A stretch of 41,029 nucleotides of DNA from a bacterium. Lineage in GTDB: Bacteria > Hinthialibacterota > Hinthialibacteria > Hinthialibacterales > Hinthialibacteraceae. Below are positions 37,060-41,029 of the stretch, one piece after another. The translations under genes and the position numbers were made by a program. Location of the stretch: the NCBI GenBank assembly GCA_041946805.1, contig JBHGBC010000040.1, positions 1-41,029 on the forward strand, given 5' to 3'. Each line of letters begins with the position of its first letter. Position 1 is the stretch's first letter. Below the pieces are notes generated by a model, which was not told the origin of the DNA, made no database searches, and worked only from the letters and a program-made list of their open reading frames with translations.

Positions 37060-38475
37060 ATGGATATTCTCCAATACATCGAACGGGCTCAGAGCGCACT
37101 GAAGCAGGGCGAATATGACCTGGCCACGCAGTACTTCCAACTGGTCTTGAACCGGAATCCCGAGAACGCGGAGGCGCTGCAAGGCCTCAAGCAAATCGAG
37201 ATCGTCAGGACCAAGGGAAAATTGAATCCCCTGAACCGGGAACTCAATCTGATCAAGGGATGGATCTTGATGAAATTCGGCAAAGCCGCCGCGGCGTATC
37301 CGGGATTGGAGATCCTGTTCCGCTGCCTGCCCGATCATCCCCGGATCGCGCTCGCCTTCGCCCGGTGCGCCGAGGCCTCAGAGCGGTACGGGGAAGCCGC
37401 CGAGGCGTACCAACGGATCCTGGCCCGGGACGATGAAAACAAGGCCGTGCTCAAGGCCGCGGCGGAGGTGCTGATCAAACTGGACCGCCTGGAAGAAGCG
37501 GCGTCGCTCTATCAACGCTTGTTGGCGATCTCCCCCAATAACGAGAAAGTAGTCCACCGCCTGCGGGATATTTCCGCCCAGGCCTACGCCCGCATCGGCA
37601 TTCCCGAAAACCTGAAGGAGCGGCGCGCGGCCATCGAAAAACAGAAACGCGAAGCACCTGCCCCGCCCGAAATCATGGAGCAGGTGGAAGGATTGCTGCG
37701 GGAATACCAGAAGGATCCCGCCAACCAGGAACTCGGGGTGCAAATCGCGGCCAAATACCGGGCCGGGGGGATATTCAGCGAGGCCAACAAGATCCTCGGC
37801 CCCATATTGGACCGGGATCCCCAATATGTGCCGGCCCGGCGTGAACAAGCCCGGGTGTGGCGGCAGTCGCACGAACTGGAGATCGCGGTCAACCTGTATG
37901 AGGAACTGCTGGCCGAATCGCCCCACGACGCGGCGCTGCGGGATGAATACCTGGAGGCTTCGATTGCCCTCATGGAAAAACGCCTCCAGGACGGCCAGGC
38001 CCGTCCGGACGGCGCGGCGCGTCTGGAAAAATTGAGAATCGAACACTCCAAAAACCGGATCAGCCTGCTGAAACGGATCCTGTCGGAACACCCGGAAGCC
38101 TTCGAGGAACGGTTCGAACTGGGATCCTTGCTATACAAGACCGGAAGGGCGGAAGAGGCGATTCCCGTTCTGCAGCGCCTCGTGCATGAACCCGGCTGGG
38201 CCGGCAAGGGATTGTTTTTGCTGGGACAATGCTTCCGCGCCAAGGGGGACAAGACCCTGGCGTTATTACAATTCGAGAAAGCGGTGGAATTTTTCAAGAA
38301 CCGCGGTTATTCCCATGTGCTGACCGAGGAATTGAAGGCGCTCTACTACAACATGGGCGTGGTGAAGGACGAATTGGGCGACAAGACCGGCGCGCGCGAG
38401 GCCTACGGGCAGGTCTATTCGCAGGACATCAACTACCGCGACGTGCGCTCCCGCTACGAGAATCTATATGGATGA
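37060..38475 (+). CDS. Tetratricopeptide repeat protein
   Basis: GEYDLATQYFQLVLNRNPEN, GRAEEAIPVLQRL, LYYNMG, C-terminal DINYRDV. Confidence 0.85.
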   Translation: MDILQYIERAQSALKQGEYDLATQYFQLVLNRNPENAEALQGLKQIEIVRTKGKLNPLNRELNLIKGWILMKFGKAAAAYPGLEILFRCLPDHPRIALAFARCAEASERYGEAAEAYQRILARDDENKAVLKAAAEVLIKLDRLEEAASLYQRLLAISPNNEKVVHRLRDISAQAYARIGIPENLKERRAAIEKQKREAPAPPEIMEQVEGLLREYQKDPANQELGVQIAAKYRAGGIFSEANKILGPILDRDPQYVPARREQARVWRQSHELEIAVNLYEELLAESPHDAALRDEYLEASIALMEKRLQDGQARPDGAARLEKLRIEHSKNRISLLKRILSEHPEAFEERFELGSLLYKTGRAEEAIPVLQRLVHEPGWAGKGLFLLGQCFRAKGDKTLALLQFEKAVEFFKNRGYSHVLTEELKALYYNMGVVKDELGDKTGAREAYGQVYSQDINYRDVRSRYENLYG

Positions 38476-38511
38476 ATGGCCGGAGGGGTTGACGCGTCAA
38501 CGTGGAATCCA

Positions 38512-38574
38512 TTGATCCTGGTGATCCTGGTGATCCTGGTCATCCTGTGCATCCTGACCATCCTGACCATCCTG
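38512..38574. repeat. Tandem 9-bp repeat (NNNATCCTG) x7
   Basis: TTGATCCTG GTGATCCTG GTGATCCTG GTCATCCTG TGCATCCTG ACCATCCTG ACCATCCTG between convergent genes. Confidence 0.85.
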
Positions 38575-38593
38575 ATTCAGACATACTCCCCCC

Positions 38594-39802
38594 TCAACGC
38601 CCTCCCTTGCGTTGCACCACGAACAGGGTGACGTCATCCTGGAAGGGCTGTTCGGGATTGTACGCCTGGGTTTCGGACACGATCGCGTCCACAAAGGCCT
38701 GCGCGGGGAGATCGCGGTATTTCAGCACCAGCCGGGAAAGCCGTTCCGGCGTGAATAGTTTCCCTTCCGGATTGCGGATCTCCACCAGGCCATCCGTGAA
38801 CAGAATCAACTTGTCGTCCGGTTCCAGAACCGTTTCCTTTTCGTCGTAATCATCCGTTTCCATCAGTTTCAAGGGATAGCCGTATTCTGTCCGCAACAAT
38901 TCCACCGCTTGTGTCCGCGCCCGGTACAGGAACATGGGTTCATGTCCGGCGGAGGCGTACCGGAAGCGCTTGGTCTCCAGGTTGAGAACACCGTAGAACA
39001 TGGTGACATAGAACGTGGGGGCCAGATGCTCGTTCAGTTTTTCGTTGGCCACTTTGAGGGCGGTGCTGGGGTAGTGAAAGGTGTTGGTGAACGAGCGCAT
39101 CAAAGTGTGGGTGATGGCCATGACGACGGCCGCCGACGCCCCATGGCCGGTGACGTCGGCGACCAGAATGCCCCAGTTCGCCTTGCCGATCTCGATGACG
39201 TCGAAATAGTCGCCGCCGGCCTGGGCGCAGGGACCGTAATAATGCCCGAATTCGATTTCCGGGTGTTCGGGGAACCGGGAGGGGAGGAAGGACTGCTGGA
39301 TCGCCCCCACGCGTTTCAATTCTTCCTCGATGATCCGCTGCGCTTTCCGGAGTTGTTCGTTGGTTTCCTCTAGTTCCTTCTTCGAGCGGAATAGTTTTTG
39401 CTGCAGGTCGCGGATGCGCAGGATGGCGCGGACGCGGGCCAGCAGTTCCGCCTTGCGGGGCGGTTTGACCAGGTATTCATCCGCTCCGGCGTCCAGGCCT
39501 TTCACCTTGCTGTCCGTGTCATCGAGGTTGGTCAACAGCATCACCGGCACGAAGCGGTCGTCCAGGCTGGTTTTGATGAGCCGGCACGCTTCGAAACCGG
39601 ATAGGCCGGCCATGCAGACATCCATGACCACCAGGTCGGGCGGGGAATCCTGGACGGTTTGCACGGCTTCCTCCCCCGATGAGGCTTTCCGGATCTTGTA
39701 CCCTTCCGGTTTGAGAATGAGTTCCAGCAGTTCCAGGTTCTGGAGTTCGTCGTCGACGATCAGAATTTCCCGGGGGGGAGAGGGAACGGGTTCGATGGTC
39801 AT
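38594..39802 (-). CDS. Response regulator receiver / PP2C (SpoIIE, RsbU-like) phosphatase
   Basis: ILIVDD, DLVVMD, YLVKP receiver motifs; coiled coil; AGGDYFD, VADVTGHG, SAGH, LFTDGL, DDVT. Confidence 0.92.
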   Translation of the reverse strand: MTIEPVPSPPREILIVDDELQNLELLELILKPEGYKIRKASSGEEAVQTVQDSPPDLVVMDVCMAGLSGFEACRLIKTSLDDRFVPVMLLTNLDDTDSKVKGLDAGADEYLVKPPRKAELLARVRAILRIRDLQQKLFRSKKELEETNEQLRKAQRIIEEELKRVGAIQQSFLPSRFPEHPEIEFGHYYGPCAQAGGDYFDVIEIGKANWGILVADVTGHGASAAVVMAITHTLMRSFTNTFHYPSTALKVANEKLNEHLAPTFYVTMFYGVLNLETKRFRYASAGHEPMFLYRARTQAVELLRTEYGYPLKLMETDDYDEKETVLEPDDKLILFTDGLVEIRNPEGKLFTPERLSRLVLKYRDLPAQAFVDAIVSETQAYNPEQPFQDDVTLFVVQRKGGR

Positions 39803-40665
39803 CGCGTCTCTCCCGTGGCGCTGTCCAGGGGTGCGGATGGGGCGGACGGGCCCGGCGTGGGGGCGGTTTCCGCGGAAGAGGCTTCCGCGTCCGAAACCGG
39901 CGGTTTTTCAAGTTCGATGGCGTTTTGCAGGGTGATGGCGTCCAGCAATGCGGCGGACGAGGCGGAGACGATCCGGTCCCGCGCCGCGTAAATCGTGCCG
40001 TCCATCTCCGGTGTGGGGGGAGGTATGTTCTTCAGGGTTTGCAGAAAGATATCCTTGTCGAAGGGACCGATCTCGATGTTGGTATGCGGATGGTTCTGTT
40101 TGTATTTCTGGAGGATTTCGTCCAAGTCGAGAATGGGCTTCAAGTACGCCTCGGCGATGGCCCGCCGGGCATCGCCTGCTTCCCGCTGGCGCCATTCGTT
40201 CAAGGCCCCCGCGGTGATCTGGGTGAGATAGACGTATTCCCGCATGGACATGCGCGCCCCGGTCAACGCGTTGAGCTGGTCTTCGCCAATGTCGAAGAGG
40301 TTGAAAGGCAGGTTGATGAATTTCTTCACCAGGGCCAGCCTGGATTCCGGCTCTTTTGAGGCGGCGGCGGCCTGGCTGAGCTCCATCAGCCAGCCCAGGT
40401 TCCGGTCCACCGAGGCGGCCGACCGGTACCGGATCTCCAGGAACTCCGCGTACCGTGGAGGATCGAGCGACGGAGGGGAGGCGGGCGTGAAAGGATGAGC
40501 CTGGTCCAACGCCTTGACCTGCTGGACCCATTGGTCCGTCTCGTTCTGAATGTTCTTCACGTACCGGTGGATGGCGAATCCTCCCGCGAACACCATAAGC
40601 ACCAGCAGGATCACCAGGCCCAGACAACCCCCGCATCCGATCCACAGCCACCGATTCCTCGCCAT
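39799..40665 (-). CDS. Hypothetical membrane-anchored protein
   Basis: GGAGG RBS; WLWIGCGGCLG plus TM helix; ATGA overlap with the phosphatase gene; Pro/Ala/Ser-rich tail. Confidence 0.7.
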   Translation of the reverse strand: MARNRWLWIGCGGCLGLVILLVLMVFAGGFAIHRYVKNIQNETDQWVQQVKALDQAHPFTPASPPSLDPPRYAEFLEIRYRSAASVDRNLGWLMELSQAAAASKEPESRLALVKKFINLPFNLFDIGEDQLNALTGARMSMREYVYLTQITAGALNEWRQREAGDARRAIAEAYLKPILDLDEILQKYKQNHPHTNIEIGPFDKDIFLQTLKNIPPPTPEMDGTIYAARDRIVSASSAALLDAITLQNAIELEKPPVSDAEASSAETAPTPGPSAPSAPLDSATGETR

Positions 40666-41029
40666 GAGAAAACCTCCTGCCGCGCGCGTTCGATATTCCC
40701 GCCGGTAGGCTCTGTCTGCATCCGTAGCCTAGGCGGTTCTCTATCCCGGACAAGCCACGTAGGATGCATTCGCTCGATCGTGGACGCTTGATTTCATCAT
40801 GAAATCCGGCTTACTTGGAAGAGCGATGGCGCGGTTTGGGACAGGCAAGTGAAGAGAGGAAGGAGGAGCCCTGTTGTTCCAGGAAAAGCAGAGGCTCGTT
40901 GCCACATGCCCCTACCGTAACCTAGGATGGTCTGCACAATGGAAGCGGAAAATAGGGTGGACTGAACATCGCGAAAGCCGCCACCGGCACGAACTGTGAA
41001 GCGCTGGAATAAAATGGTTCATCCGATGC

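Noticed and set aside
38497..38694. Small ORFs with QDxQDx or DHPDHP repeats
   Set aside because: Translations of the 9-bp DNA tandem repeat overlapping the phosphatase gene end

Overview
GC-rich bacterial window, probably from a diderm environmental lineage (inferred from hpnCDE, a PorU/gingipain-like C25 peptidase, many Sec/Tat-exported proteins and dense REP-like intergenic repeats). Most genes are housekeeping or accessory: DUF5060 protein, PIG-L deacetylase, an SbcD/SbcC-like nuclease-ATPase pair, a CBM-rich secreted protein, SGNH hydrolase, BNR/sialidase-fold protein, dipeptide epimerase, TPR proteins, an aldolase-like protein, hpnCDE, Tat aldo/keto reductase plus DUF6599, a VOC protein, argC, C25 peptidase and a REC-PP2C phosphatase. 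The standout is a three-gene minus-strand operon at 3401-6254. It encodes (i) a secreted protein built from 14 W-x-C motifs, (ii) a 209-aa protein with a twin-arginine signal, a ~125-aa unknown domain and a C-terminal subtilosin A-like core with five Cys in CxxC register, and (iii) an AlbA-like radical SAM/SPASM enzyme. No albB-G protease, transporter or immunity genes are adjacent. This suggests an unusual Tat-exported, protein-fused sactipeptide system. Also seen are a candidate compact 6S-like RNA (~36617-36745), a MITE-like element and several REP-like repeat families. No CRISPR, tRNA or rRNA was seen. Comparisons with known proteins rely on recalled sequences, not on searches.
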